From Candidatus Kaiserbacteria bacterium (lineage in GTDB: Bacteria > Patescibacteriota > Minisyncoccia > Phycocordibacterales > Phycocordibacteraceae): 64,000 nucleotides of DNA. The translations under genes were made by a program, and so were the position numbers. Numbering within the stretch: position 1 is the stretch's first letter; every line of letters starts with the position of its first letter. The stretch is from contig JACPGH010000006.1 of NCBI GenBank assembly GCA_016182485.1, positions 26,461-90,460 of the forward strand. Reading direction: 5' to 3'. Under the pieces are notes generated by a model. That model made no database searches, had not been told where the DNA came from, and saw only the letters and a list, made by a program, of their open reading frames with translations. Below, piece after piece: positions 8,570-17,302 of this stretch.

Positions 8570-10495
8570 CTATTTCTCCTTGAATTCCGCGTCCGTAGGA
8601 CCACTTGACTCTGGAGGCTGGTCGCTAGAGCCTGGAGAAGATGCGTCTGGCGGCGGGGTCTGACTTCCCTGCTGTTTCATCATCGCCTCTCCGATCTTCA
8701 TCATTGCCTGCGAGAGCGCGTCGGTCGCAGTCTTGATAGTCGCCGGGTCCTCGCTGTTGCGCGCCGTCTTGAGCGCGTCAATTTTATCCTGCACTTCTTT
8801 CACCGCCTCAGGCGACGGCTTTCCCTGCCCTGAGCCCGTCGAAGGGTCCCCGTATTCTTTTATAGCTTTCTCGGCGGCATAAACAGACTGGTCCGCAATG
8901 TTACGCGCCTCTACAAGCTCTTTGCGCTTTTCGTCGTCCGCCGCGTGCGCTTCTGCATCCGATTTCATTTTGTCTATATCTTCCTTGGAGAGACCGGTCG
9001 AGCCGGTGATACGGATAGATTGCTCTTTGCCCGTCGTCTTTTCCTTCGCTTTTACCGTCAGGATTCCGGAGGCATCAACGTCGAAGGTGACTTCGATCTG
9101 CGGCAGGCCGCGCGGCGCGGGCGGAATGCCGTCGAGCATGAAGCGGCCGAGCGACTTGTTGTCGGCGCTCATCGCCCGTTCGCCCTGCGTGACATGGATC
9201 TCCACTGACGGCTGGTTATCCGCGGCCGTCGAGAAAACTTGCATTCGGCTCGTCGGTATCGCCGTATTGCGCTCGACAAGCTTGGTAGCGACGCCGCCCA
9301 TCGTCTCGATCGCGAGCGAGAGCGGGATAACGTCCACGAGCAGGATGTCTTTCACGTCGCCTTGGAGTATGCCCGCCTGTATCGCGGCGCCGATCGCCAC
9401 CACCTCATCCGGATTAACAGACATATTCGGCTTTTTCCCGAAGAATTTTTCGACGGCCTGCTGGAGCATCGGCATGCGCGTCTGGCCCCCGACCAAAATT
9501 ACCTCGTGTATCTCGCCGACCTTAAACGGCGAGGCTTCCATCGCGCGCTTGGTTATAGCCATCGCGCGTTCTACGAACTCCCCCGCGAGCTCCTCAAGCT
9601 TGGCGCGAGTCATCTTTATAAGGAGGTGGCGCGGGCCGGAGGCGTCTGAGGTCAGGAACGGAATATTGACCTCGGTCTCCATCGCGCTCGAGAGCTCGAT
9701 CTTCGCCTTCTCGGCCGCCTCGTCAAGGCGCTGGCGCGCGAGCGCATCGCTTCGAACGTCTATGCCGCTCTCTTTCTTAAACTCATCGGCAAGCCAGTTG
9801 ATGATCTTCTGATCTATATCCTTACCTCCCAAATGCGCGTCGCCATCGGTACTCTTCACTTCAATAACATCGTCGCCGACATCGAGAACGGAGATATCGA
9901 AGGTCCCGCCGCCGAAGTCGAAGACCGCTATCTTTTCATCCTTCTTCTTATTGAAACCGTAGGCCAAGGCGGCAGCGGTCGGCTCGTTGATGATGCGCTT
10001 TACCTCGAGTCCGGCGATTTGGCCGGCGGCTTTCGTCGCGCTGCGCTGATCGTCGTTGAAGTAAGCCGGGACGGTGATCACGGCCTCAGTGATCTTTTCG
10101 CCAAGCTTGGCCTCGGCATCGGTCTTAAGCTTCGTGAGGATCATCGCGGAGAGCTCTTCCGGGCGGTACCACTTATCAGACATTTTCACTTCGATTCCGC
10201 CATTCTCCGCCTTGCGCATCTCGAACGGCACGGCGGCCTTGTCCTTCTGCACGGCAGGCTCATCGAAGTGGTGGCCGATAAAGCGCTTGATCTGGTAGAT
10301 AGTGTTGAGCGGATTGGTGACCGACTGGCGTTTGGCGAGCGTGCCGACTATCCGTTCGCCCGTCTTCCCCACCGCGACGACGGACGGAGTCGTACGCGCG
10401 CCTTCCGCGTTCTCGAGTACGCGCGGCTCGCCGCCTTCGACGACTGCCATCGCCGAGTTTGTCGTGCCCAAGTCGATGCCAAGAATTTTTGCCAT
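8570..10495 (-). CDS. dnaK: Chaperone DnaK (Hsp70)
   Basis: [22 protein letters not shown], and the complete substrate-binding domain are present. The track ORF starts at a TTG at 10504. The ATG at 10493-10495 is the likely start. Confidence 0.95.
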   Translation of the reverse strand: MAKILGIDLGTTNSAMAVVEGGEPRVLENAEGARTTPSVVAVGKTGERIVGTLAKRQSVTNPLNTIYQIKRFIGHHFDEPAVQKDKAAVPFEMRKAENGGIEVKMSDKWYRPEELSAMILTKLKTDAEAKLGEKITEAVITVPAYFNDDQRSATKAAGQIAGLEVKRIINEPTAAALAYGFNKKKDEKIAVFDFGGGTFDISVLDVGDDVIEVKSTDGDAHLGGKDIDQKIINWLADEFKKESGIDVRSDALARQRLDEAAEKAKIELSSAMETEVNIPFLTSDASGPRHLLIKMTRAKLEELAGEFVERAMAITKRAMEASPFKVGEIHEVILVGGQTRMPMLQQAVEKFFGKKPNMSVNPDEVVAIGAAIQAGILQGDVKDILLVDVIPLSLAIETMGGVATKLVERNTAIPTSRMQVFSTAADNQPSVEIHVTQGERAMSADNKSLGRFMLDGIPPAPRGLPQIEVTFDVDASGILTVKAKEKTTGKEQSIRITGSTGLSKEDIDKMKSDAEAHAADDEKRKELVEARNIADQSVYAAEKAIKEYGDPSTGSGQGKPSPEAVKEVQDKIDALKTARNSEDPATIKTATDALSQAMMKIGEAMMKQQGSQTPPPDASSPGSSDQPPESSGPTDAEFKEK

Positions 10496-10526
10496 ATCAA
10501 TCAAGCATTATATTAATAATGTCATT

Positions 10527-11096
10527 TTACTCGCCGGATTCCCCGCCTGCAAAGTGACCGACTCGTACCTTCGCAGGCCTGATTACCATACCGTGTATCT
10601 TCCACCCCCTTTCTAATACCGCAGTCACCACGTCGTCTCTTTCGGGAGTATCGACGATATCCCGCCCGAATGCTTCATGTATCGCAGGATCGAAGCCTTC
10701 GCCGATCTGGCCCAGCTCCTCGAGCCCGAGAGCCGAGAAAGCGCTTTCAAGCTGTTTGGCGATGGCAAGGAAGCCCTCAGGAAAACTCTCTGCCTGCCTG
10801 CCTGCCGGCAGGTGCTCCTTCGCCCGTTCGAGCGCGTCGAAAGCCGGCAAGAGCGTCTCGACCGCCCTCACTTTGCCTCTCAATTCCGATGCCTTCGTAT
10901 CGTTCTCAATTCGTTTCAGGAGATTGACATAGTCCGCCTTTGAGCGCTGCCAGCCGTCCATGTATTCCTGTTTCTCCTCTCGGCAGGCGGAGAGATCCTG
11001 CCGCAGCTTAGCAAGCTTCTCCTCTGCTCGCTCCGCGCCCACCTCCTCCTCAGCCATATCCGGCTCCATGATGATATCCTCGTTCTCGTCTTTCAT
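10527..11096 (-). CDS. grpE: Nucleotide exchange factor GrpE
   Basis: 189 aa with an acidic N-terminus, a coiled-coil region, and the C-terminal beta-domain GFDPAIHEA. Confidence 0.9.
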   Translation of the reverse strand: MKDENEDIIMEPDMAEEEVGAERAEEKLAKLRQDLSACREEKQEYMDGWQRSKADYVNLLKRIENDTKASELRGKVRAVETLLPAFDALERAKEHLPAGRQAESFPEGFLAIAKQLESAFSALGLEELGQIGEGFDPAIHEAFGRDIVDTPERDDVVTAVLERGWKIHGMVIRPAKVRVGHFAGGESGE

Positions 11097-11105
11097 GTTT
11101 CAAGT

Positions 11106-11384
11106 CTACGGTTCGCCGATGATGCGCGCAACCCAAGCCTCGGCCTTGTCCACAACCGCTTTCAGAGGCGGATACCGCTGGACGTGCCGGTCTATCCAGC
11201 CACGGATCGTCACCGAATACGTCGAGAGCAAGAGGGCGCCGATGAATATGAAAAAGAACCCTTGCAGGAACGGGAGTGCGAGCCCCGCGATGCCGGCAAC
11301 GATAAAAAGAATCCCCGCGGCGATTATCAGCGCCTGTTTTACTTTTTTGGACATGCTTGGCATGGATGCGGAGCATTGTAGCAT
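11106..11384 (-). CDS. DUF454/YbaN-like small inner-membrane protein
   Basis: IAGLALPFLQGFFFIFIGALLLS matches the YbaN-type LP(T/F)-rich paired helices. The start is uncertain; in-frame ATGs lie at 11384, 11363 and 11354. Confidence 0.55.
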   Translation of the reverse strand: MLQCSASMPSMSKKVKQALIIAAGILFIVAGIAGLALPFLQGFFFIFIGALLLSTYSVTIRGWIDRHVQRYPPLKAVVDKAEAWVARIIGEP

Positions 11385-11469
11385 TTCCGTACTGTTCGTT
11401 CATTATAGTATTTTGCAAAATACTAAAATAACCTACTCAAAAAGAGCCGCCCAGGCGCGACGGCTTTAT

Positions 11470-11622
11470 ATGTAGCTGCGGTGCTCGAACGTTTTAACGT
11501 TTGCTTCCTTCCGAATGCTCAGGATCTACGCTAACGCTTCGACCACCCTTCGCTCCGCTCAGGATGTCGCAAACTAACGTTTGCTCCACTTAGGCGCTTT
11601 GCGAGCCTTCTTCAAGCGGGTG
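11470..11622. repeat. Decayed duplicate(s) of the rpsI 3' end
   Basis: Positions 11567-11617 are 47/51 identical to 11880-11930, the true rpsI 3' end plus its downstream sequence. Further degenerate aacgtttgc units lie upstream at 11485-11563. Confidence 0.6.
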
Positions 11623-11850
11623 TTAGGCTGCGGCCGCTAATTTGCCTGAAGAGATTTTTACTGGCACGCCAGACCGCATAATACCCTGCTGAAGCTGGTT
11701 GCCGGCATCAAGCAATTCAATTCCAAGAATATTCCCCTTCTTATCAACGTCGACTATTAGACGGTCTTCCATCTCGACCGTTTTCGCAACCTTGCCCTTG
11801 CGCAAAGTCATATATATCGCGTCCGCTATTTTATCGTAGTTGATTTTCAT
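11623..11850 (-). CDS. DUF2283-family small protein
   Basis: MKINYDKIADAIYMTLRKGKVAKTVE...DVDKKGNILGIELLDAGN fits the DUF2283 pattern (YDxEADALYIxL..GKV....DxDxxGxxxGIEIL). Confidence 0.6.
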   Translation of the reverse strand: MKINYDKIADAIYMTLRKGKVAKTVEMEDRLIVDVDKKGNILGIELLDAGNQLQQGIMRSGVPVKISSGKLAAAA

Positions 11851-11886
11851 AGATAGTATGCGGTGCTGATTAGCGTTTTTCGCAAA

Positions 11887-12303
11887 CTAACGTTTGCTCC
11901 ACTTCGGGGCTTTGCGGGCTTTCTTCAAGCCTGGCTTCTTGCGCTCTTTGGCGCGCGGATCTCGGGTCAAGAACCGAATGGCTTTGAGCGTTTTGCGCGT
12001 GTTCGGCTCCGCTTTTATGAGCGCGCGCGAAATCGCGTGTCGCACGGCGTCTGCCTGTGCCGCGATGCCCCCGCCCTCGACATGCGCAATAACGGCATAA
12101 TGCTCCGCGCTTTCGGCTTTTGCGAGCGCCTCCTCGGCTATTTTGGCGCGCTCATCCGTCTTGAAATAATCTTTCGGGTTCTTGCCATTCACGATAAGGC
12201 TCCCCTTAGGGGAGGCAACCAAACGCACGCTCGCAATAGCTGTCTTACGGCGTCCGACGGCGGTGATGAAATGTTTAGACGGCATAAGTTTATTCTTTAA
12301 CAA
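11887..12303 (-). CDS. rpsI: 30S ribosomal protein S9
   Basis: The C-terminus ...KKARKAPKWSKR and the body sequence are typical S9. Confidence 0.95.
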   Translation of the reverse strand: MLKNKLMPSKHFITAVGRRKTAIASVRLVASPKGSLIVNGKNPKDYFKTDERAKIAEEALAKAESAEHYAVIAHVEGGGIAAQADAVRHAISRALIKAEPNTRKTLKAIRFLTRDPRAKERKKPGLKKARKAPKWSKR

Positions 12304-12661
12304 CGAGATTCTTCATGCGCGGCGCGCGCAGCTTGTTGCGGGGGATCATCCCGTCCACGGTCTTCTTTACCACTTCCGCTATGCCTTTTTTGGCGATCAT
12401 CTCCTCCATTGTGATGGAATAAAGCCCGCCGGGATAACCGGTATAGCGCGTATACACTTTGCCCTTGATGCGGCGGTTCGGGAGATAGAGCTTGCCTGCG
12501 TTTTCGATAACGACTTTGATCGGCAGCGCCTGGTTCTTGGCGAAGTGCACCGACCGCTTGCCGAGGAGCGCATGCGCCGCCTCGCTCGCAACGCGGCCAA
12601 GCGTGCGGTCAGTCGCATCGATGACATGGGTACTGGCGGCTGGTTTTTGGTTGCTAGTCAT
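12290..12661 (-). CDS. rplM: 50S ribosomal protein L13
   Basis: 123 aa with a typical L13 N-terminal region. It overlaps the rpsI start by 14 nt. Confidence 0.9.
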   Translation of the reverse strand: MTSNQKPAASTHVIDATDRTLGRVASEAAHALLGKRSVHFAKNQALPIKVVIENAGKLYLPNRRIKGKVYTRYTGYPGGLYSITMEEMIAKKGIAEVVKKTVDGMIPRNKLRAPRMKNLVVKE

Positions 12662-12679
12662 AGCGATACAGTATGGATA

Positions 12680-13032
12680 CTAAACAAATGAAATGAACGC
12701 AAGCTTGCGGGCGTCGTTCGTGCCGCGCTTGCCGCGCTTCACGACGCGAGTGTAGCCTCCGTCCCTATTCGCGTATCGGGGGCCGATGGACTCAAACAGC
12801 TTCTTAACCGCCGCCTCGAACCGAGGCGAGCTTTCGTAAGCCGGCGGCTCGCAAGCGTATTCTTCTTGGCGTAGGTCACGAGGCGCTCCACGAACGGCCG
12901 AAGCGCCTTGGCCTTGGCCTCCGTGGTCGAGATACGCTCCTCAATGACGAGGGAGCGAGCCAGCGAACGCATGAGCGCCAGGTTCTGATTATGCGAGCGT
13001 CCGAATTTCCGCGCTTTCTTAGTGAATGCCAT
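12680..13032 (-). CDS. rplQ: 50S ribosomal protein L17, with an apparent single-base frameshift near 12811-12826
   Basis: Frame 1 (12739..13032) gives [57 protein letters not shown]...ARLGS. The conserved L17 C-terminus [45 protein letters not shown] is in the other frame and ends at 12680. Confidence 0.8.
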
Positions 13033-13037
13033 GGTGA

Positions 13038-14000
13038 TTATTCGCCCTTGAGCGAGAGGCCGAAGCGGGCGAGCGCCGTATTTATCTCTTCGACTGCTTT
13101 ATCCCCGATGCCATCAAGCTCCTTGAGCGCGGCCGCCGATTTGCGCGCGAGACCTGGCGCGCTCTTAATGCCCGCGCCTTCGAGCGCGGAAGCGACTCGC
13201 GAGGAGAGGCCGAGTTCAGAGAGCTTCACTTTCGCCGGCCCGTTAGACGGGCCGGCGTCCTCCGTAGCCTTGGCGTAGGAGGACTGTTCGGTATTTCCAG
13301 ACAACGGCTCGCTCTCCTGGAAACCGATGATCGACTTGAGCTGGTGGATCATCGTTTCTATGGAGCGTTCGAGCGCCTCGCGCGGCCCTACCGTGCCGTT
13401 CGTTTCGATAAGGATGCGCAGGCGGTTGAAATCGGTGCGGTCGCCGACGCGCATGTTGTCTACCTCGTAATTCACGCGGCGTATCGGAGTGAAGGTGGCG
13501 TCGAGCGCGATAGTGCCGATATCTACCTTCTCTTTCGTAAGCACCTCGCGCGGCACGTAGCCCAGCCCGCGCTCCACTGTCGCCTCGAGCTCGAGCGTCG
13601 CCTTGCCCGAGAGGTCGGCTATATGCTGCTCCGGATTCCTTATCTCAACCTGGCTCGGAAGCTTGAAATCCTTGGCGGTGATTTCTCCCGTGCCCTTTGC
13701 GATCAAGCTGATATTCTGCGGCTCGTCGCCGTGCAGTACGAAATGGATGCGCTTCAAGTTCAGTAGGATCTCCATAACGGTCTCGCGCACGCCGTCAATG
13801 GTGGCGAATTCATGCGGCACTCCCTCGATCTTCACGCGAGTGATGGCCGCGCCTGGCAAGGAAGAAAGGATTATGCGGCGCAGGCTGTTGCCAAGCGTGT
13901 GCCCGTAACCCGGATAAAGAGAATCTATCTCGTAAACGCCCTGCATGTCCTCTTCGGACACGATGCGGGGCTTGGAAGGAAGCGTGATGTGGTATTCCAT
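13038..14000 (-). CDS. rpoA: DNA-directed RNA polymerase alpha subunit
   Basis: 320 aa with the N-terminal dimerisation/assembly domain and the C-terminal alpha-CTD helix-hairpin-helix region. Confidence 0.95.
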   Translation of the reverse strand: MEYHITLPSKPRIVSEEDMQGVYEIDSLYPGYGHTLGNSLRRIILSSLPGAAITRVKIEGVPHEFATIDGVRETVMEILLNLKRIHFVLHGDEPQNISLIAKGTGEITAKDFKLPSQVEIRNPEQHIADLSGKATLELEATVERGLGYVPREVLTKEKVDIGTIALDATFTPIRRVNYEVDNMRVGDRTDFNRLRILIETNGTVGPREALERSIETMIHQLKSIIGFQESEPLSGNTEQSSYAKATEDAGPSNGPAKVKLSELGLSSRVASALEGAGIKSAPGLARKSAAALKELDGIGDKAVEEINTALARFGLSLKGE

Positions 14001-14033
14001 AACTCAATCGGTTACCGTTACATTTTTTAATAA

Positions 14034-14067
14034 CTTTAAATATTTAAATATTTAAATATTTAATTAT
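14034..14067. repeat. AT-rich octamer tandem repeat (TTTAAATA)x3-4 in the rpoA|rpsD spacer
   Basis: Read directly: tttaaatatttaaatatttaaatatttaatta, inside an otherwise GC-rich region. Confidence 0.7.
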
Positions 14068-14678
14068 CTCGTATAGAACGAGAGCACGGAGCCCAAGTCT
14101 CCGGCAGGATCGGCGGAAGTCGCCGTCGGCCGCTCGATGATCGAGCCCTCCATCGCCTTGGGATTCCATGCCAGCCACGAGGGAACGGGTCGCTCCGCGA
14201 AGCGCTCGGCGAAACCGGCAAGCATGCCGTGGTTCTTCGAGCCGTCCCGGATCGAAATGCGATCGCCTACATAAAGCTGCTGAGAAGGCACGCGGGTTTT
14301 TTTTGCGTTGATCATGAGATGCCCGTGCGCGACCATCTGCCGCGCGCCTCGCCTCGTCGAAGCGAGACCGAGCCGCCACGCCACATTGTCGAGACGTGTC
14401 TCGAGAAGCTCATGCAGCTGGTCGATTGGCCGCTCGCCGCGCGCGGCGAGCGCCTTGCGCACGTAGTTGCGGAACTGTCGCTCAGTAACGCCGTAGGTGA
14501 CGCGCACCTTTTGCTTTTCGAGCATCTGTTTGCCGTATTCGCTTTGGCGGCCGCCGCGGCTGCGCTTTTTGTTCTTCGCACTGCGGTCAGCAGAGAGCGC
14601 AAATTTCTGCGTCTGCGCCTTTTCGAAAACACTCGCTCCCAATCGTTTCGCTACCTTGTATCTTGGACCTGTTTTCAT
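14064..14678 (-). CDS. rpsD: 30S ribosomal protein S4
   Basis: 204 aa with a typical S4 N-terminus and an S4 RNA-binding domain. Confidence 0.95.
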   Translation of the reverse strand: MKTGPRYKVAKRLGASVFEKAQTQKFALSADRSAKNKKRSRGGRQSEYGKQMLEKQKVRVTYGVTERQFRNYVRKALAARGERPIDQLHELLETRLDNVAWRLGLASTRRGARQMVAHGHLMINAKKTRVPSQQLYVGDRISIRDGSKNHGMLAGFAERFAERPVPSWLAWNPKAMEGSIIERPTATSADPAGDLGSVLSFYTR

Positions 14679-14701
14679 GATGTTGTGTAAGACGGCTTGG
14701 C

Positions 14702-15136
14702 CTATACTCGGCGAGGCTTAGGCGGCCGCGGTCCGTTATGCGGCACAGGAGTGGCATCCTTTATGGAATGGACCTGGATGCCTTTGTTCGAGAATGCTCG
14801 CAGGACCGATTCTCGGCCGGCGCCGACCCCACGGATGACGACCGAGGCTTCTTTAAGACCGATCATTGCCCCCTTTTCGCCCAGGAATTCTCCCACTTTT
14901 GCCGCTGCGTAGGGAGTCGACTTGCGCGCTCCGGAAAAGCCGAGCGCGCCGGCGCTCGATGAGACGATGACGTTTCCCTTTTCGTCCGTAAGCACGGCCT
15001 TCGTATTGTTGAAGGTCGCCTCGATATGCAAGACGCCCTTTTCGAGGTGCCGTTTCGTGATTTTAGAAAGGGCGCGCTCCTTGCGGCCCTGGTCCAGGCC
15101 CTTGCCGCTTTTCTTGATTATACGTTTTTTCCCCAT
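14702..15136 (-). CDS. rpsK: 30S ribosomal protein S11
   Basis: The sequence ...GVLHIEATFNNTKAVLTD..G...SSSAGALGFSG..KSTPYAA... is S11. Confidence 0.95.
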   Translation of the reverse strand: MGKKRIIKKSGKGLDQGRKERALSKITKRHLEKGVLHIEATFNNTKAVLTDEKGNVIVSSSAGALGFSGARKSTPYAAAKVGEFLGEKGAMIGLKEASVVIRGVGAGRESVLRAFSNKGIQVHSIKDATPVPHNGPRPPKPRRV

Positions 15137-15139
15137 GTT

Positions 15140-15175
15140 TAATTAGGCTCTAGGCGTTAGGCTTTAGGCACTAGG
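15140..15175. repeat. Tandem TAGGCNN heptamers (x4) in the rpsM|rpsK spacer
   Basis: TTAGGCTC TAGGCGT TAGGCTT TAGGCAC TAGG, followed by tttttt. Confidence 0.6.
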
Positions 15176-15551
15176 TTTTTTCCAAAGTGCGACGGCCGGA
15201 GGTCATCGTCTTACGGACGTTGCCGCGGCGCGTGCGGGAATTGGTCTTCGTCCGCTGGCCTCGCACAGGCAAGCCGCGCGAGTGCCGTTCGCCGCGATGC
15301 GAGTGGATATCCTTGAGCCGCTTGATATTCTGCCCGATTTCCCGGCGCAGTTCCCCTTCGATCGTATACGACTCTGCGAGAGAGCGAACGCGCTGTTCCT
15401 CTTCGCCGGAAAGTTCGCTTCCTTTTTTCGTCGGCGCGATTCCGGCTTTCTCCAGAATGTCCTGCGCGCGCGCAGGCCCAATGCCGTAAATCAAGGGCAG
15501 CGCATACGCGAGCTGCTTGTTATCGGGGATGGTGACTCCGGAAATTCTCAT
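15171..15551 (-). CDS. rpsM: 30S ribosomal protein S13
   Basis: MRISGVTIPDNKQLAYALPLIYGIG... is S13. Confidence 0.95.
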   Translation of the reverse strand: MRISGVTIPDNKQLAYALPLIYGIGPARAQDILEKAGIAPTKKGSELSGEEEQRVRSLAESYTIEGELRREIGQNIKRLKDIHSHRGERHSRGLPVRGQRTKTNSRTRRGNVRKTMTSGRRTLEKT

Positions 15552-15552
15552 A

Positions 15553-15590
15553 TTTTGAAAATTGAAAATTGATATTTGAAAATTTTATAC
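15553..15590. repeat. AT-rich repeat (TTGAAAAT)x3 in the rpmJ|rpsM spacer
   Basis: attttgaaaattgaaaattgatatttgaaaatttta. Confidence 0.6.
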
Positions 15591-15591
15591 G

Positions 15592-15708
15592 TTAGCCCTG
15601 GCGAGCCTTGCGGCGAGGCTTCTTTTTATTCACGCGATACAGCCGCCCGTTCCGACGGACGAGCTGGTCTCCCGGCTGCTGCACCTTGATCGACGCTCTA
15701 ACTTTCAT
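15592..15708 (-). CDS. rpmJ: 50S ribosomal protein L36, cysteine-free (non-zinc) variant
   Basis: This ORF is not in the track because it is under 60 aa. Reverse translation gives [38 protein letters not shown], 38 aa. The canonical L36 is MKVRAS...RQG, and its C/H zinc ligands are replaced here. Confidence 0.75.
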   Translation of the reverse strand: MKVRASIKVQQPGDQLVRRNGRLYRVNKKKPRRKARQG

Positions 15709-15738
15709 TGGATGTAATTAATTGGACTTTATTGGCCA

Positions 15739-15984
15739 CTAAGTGAGCCTGCGCACGATACGCGCCCGTCCCCCATATGGGTCGAGCACCATCTCGACGC
15801 GGTCTCCCACTAAAACCCGTATTCGATGGAGTCGCATCTTGCCCGCCAAATACGCGAGCATTAGCTCTCCCTCCGCCTCGGTTTCGTCAGTACCTTCCCT
15901 AGGGACGCGAACACGAAAAAGCGAGTCAGGCAAAACCTCCTCAACGGTTCCTACCGCCGTCTTTGTTCCATCGGTTTCGCTCAT
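15739..15984 (-). CDS. infA: Translation initiation factor IF-1 with an acidic insertion
   Basis: S1-like fold with FRVRV...[15 protein letters not shown]...[12 protein letters not shown]. It carries an extra [11 protein letters not shown] segment. Confidence 0.9.
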   Translation of the reverse strand: MSETDGTKTAVGTVEEVLPDSLFRVRVPREGTDETEAEGELMLAYLAGKMRLHRIRVLVGDRVEMVLDPYGGRARIVRRLT

Positions 15985-16036
15985 TTGCGCATTCCCATGT
16001 GGTACTTCGATACTGTAGCAAGTCTAGTAGAAATCG

Positions 16037-17266
16037 TCAATTTCCGCTGCCCACTACCCGTATAGAGATTGCCGCCGGATCCTCCGGGAAAGTCGTCCTC
16101 CAGAATGGCCGCAGGACGATGACCGCGCGTTTGACTTCCGGATAATTCGTGATGGCCACCTCGGCCGCCGACTTCGACTTCCCGGAAACCGATGCGGCGA
16201 TCCGGGCAGAATCTATCGCGTATACGAGAGAGGCGGTGCCGGAGAGCGTGAATGAAAATGGCGCGTCGGATGCCGTCGGGATCTCGTCCGCCACGAGCGT
16301 AAGATTCGACGCCGAAGCCAGCGTGATCGGCTCTCCCTGATATTCGAGCCCGGCGATGGACAAGCCGATCGCTCGCGCGAGCGCCTCGTCCCTAAATACG
16401 ACTGCGCGGATAATACCCTTCTCTTTTACGTCCACCATCCCTGTCGTGGCCCCAGGCGTTGATGGCACCGCCTCGAATGCCGTCGCCGCCGCTCCGGGCA
16501 GGAGCACATATTTGGTAGACGCGCTTTCTGAGAGGGTGTTCACTTCTGCGGTGAGAGCCTTGGTCAGATCCGGCCCCAGCGCCGCGATAAGAGAGGCGCG
16601 CGTTTTTTCTAGAACGGCAGGATCCACGACGGGCACGGCGCCGGAAGCGCCGCCAGTCATGGCAACGGTCGAGCGAGCATAGACCTGAGACGCCTGTGCA
16701 GTCCCGGCGAACCCGGGGATGGTGAAGGAGGCGGGCCCGACGTTGTAGGCAGGACCCGGCTGATCAGCATAGACCGTGACTGCCTTGGCTCCGGGCTTCA
16801 CGGTCGTCCCAGCTGGAATAGTCACTTCAGACCGTATGCGGAAAATGAGGCCGGTGGGCGCCGCAAATCGAGTGTTCGCTACTAGAGTCTGAGGCTTCGA
16901 TTGCGTATTGTAGATAGTGAGAGTTCCGGAGGCCGGAGAGCTCTCGGTCTTGCTGCCGCTCGACGCGACGCTCTGGGAAGCGACCTTCTCGACGGTGATA
17001 ACTTCATACGGCAGGTCGCCCGACGGGGTCGCGGTGAAGGTGTTCTGCACGGCCGCAGAGATGGAGCTCGGGGTGATCTCCACCTTAGCGGTCGAGAAAT
17101 AAAAGAGAACGCCGACTGAGACGGCGATGACGAAAAGGATGGCGAGAAGCGAGGTGTGGGAGAAACGCGGCGGCCGCTTGGCCACGATAAGCGGTTCCGC
17201 CCGGCGACCTTCTCCCTCCCCGTCCTTGCGCCGCGACGGCGGCACGATGTCATTCAATGTACGCAT
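16037..17266 (-). CDS. Hypothetical single-pass membrane-anchored protein with a large Ala/Thr/Ser-rich extracytoplasmic domain
   Basis: 409 aa. A basic cytoplasmic N-tail is followed by one TM helix (LLAILFVIAVSVGVLFYF). It occupies the position usually taken by map/adk/secY upstream of infA. Confidence 0.5.
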   Translation of the reverse strand: MRTLNDIVPPSRRKDGEGEGRRAEPLIVAKRPPRFSHTSLLAILFVIAVSVGVLFYFSTAKVEITPSSISAAVQNTFTATPSGDLPYEVITVEKVASQSVASSGSKTESSPASGTLTIYNTQSKPQTLVANTRFAAPTGLIFRIRSEVTIPAGTTVKPGAKAVTVYADQPGPAYNVGPASFTIPGFAGTAQASQVYARSTVAMTGGASGAVPVVDPAVLEKTRASLIAALGPDLTKALTAEVNTLSESASTKYVLLPGAAATAFEAVPSTPGATTGMVDVKEKGIIRAVVFRDEALARAIGLSIAGLEYQGEPITLASASNLTLVADEIPTASDAPFSFTLSGTASLVYAIDSARIAASVSGKSKSAAEVAITNYPEVKRAVIVLRPFWRTTFPEDPAAISIRVVGSGN

Positions 17267-17302
17267 ATGCGATGATTATATCACTCAAATTCTTGCAAGA
17301 TG

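Noticed and set aside
8898-9812. 304-aa plus-strand ORF, and other 60-230-aa ORFs, antisense to dnaK, alaS, pepF and others
   Set aside because: Antisense shadow ORFs inside well-supported conserved genes.
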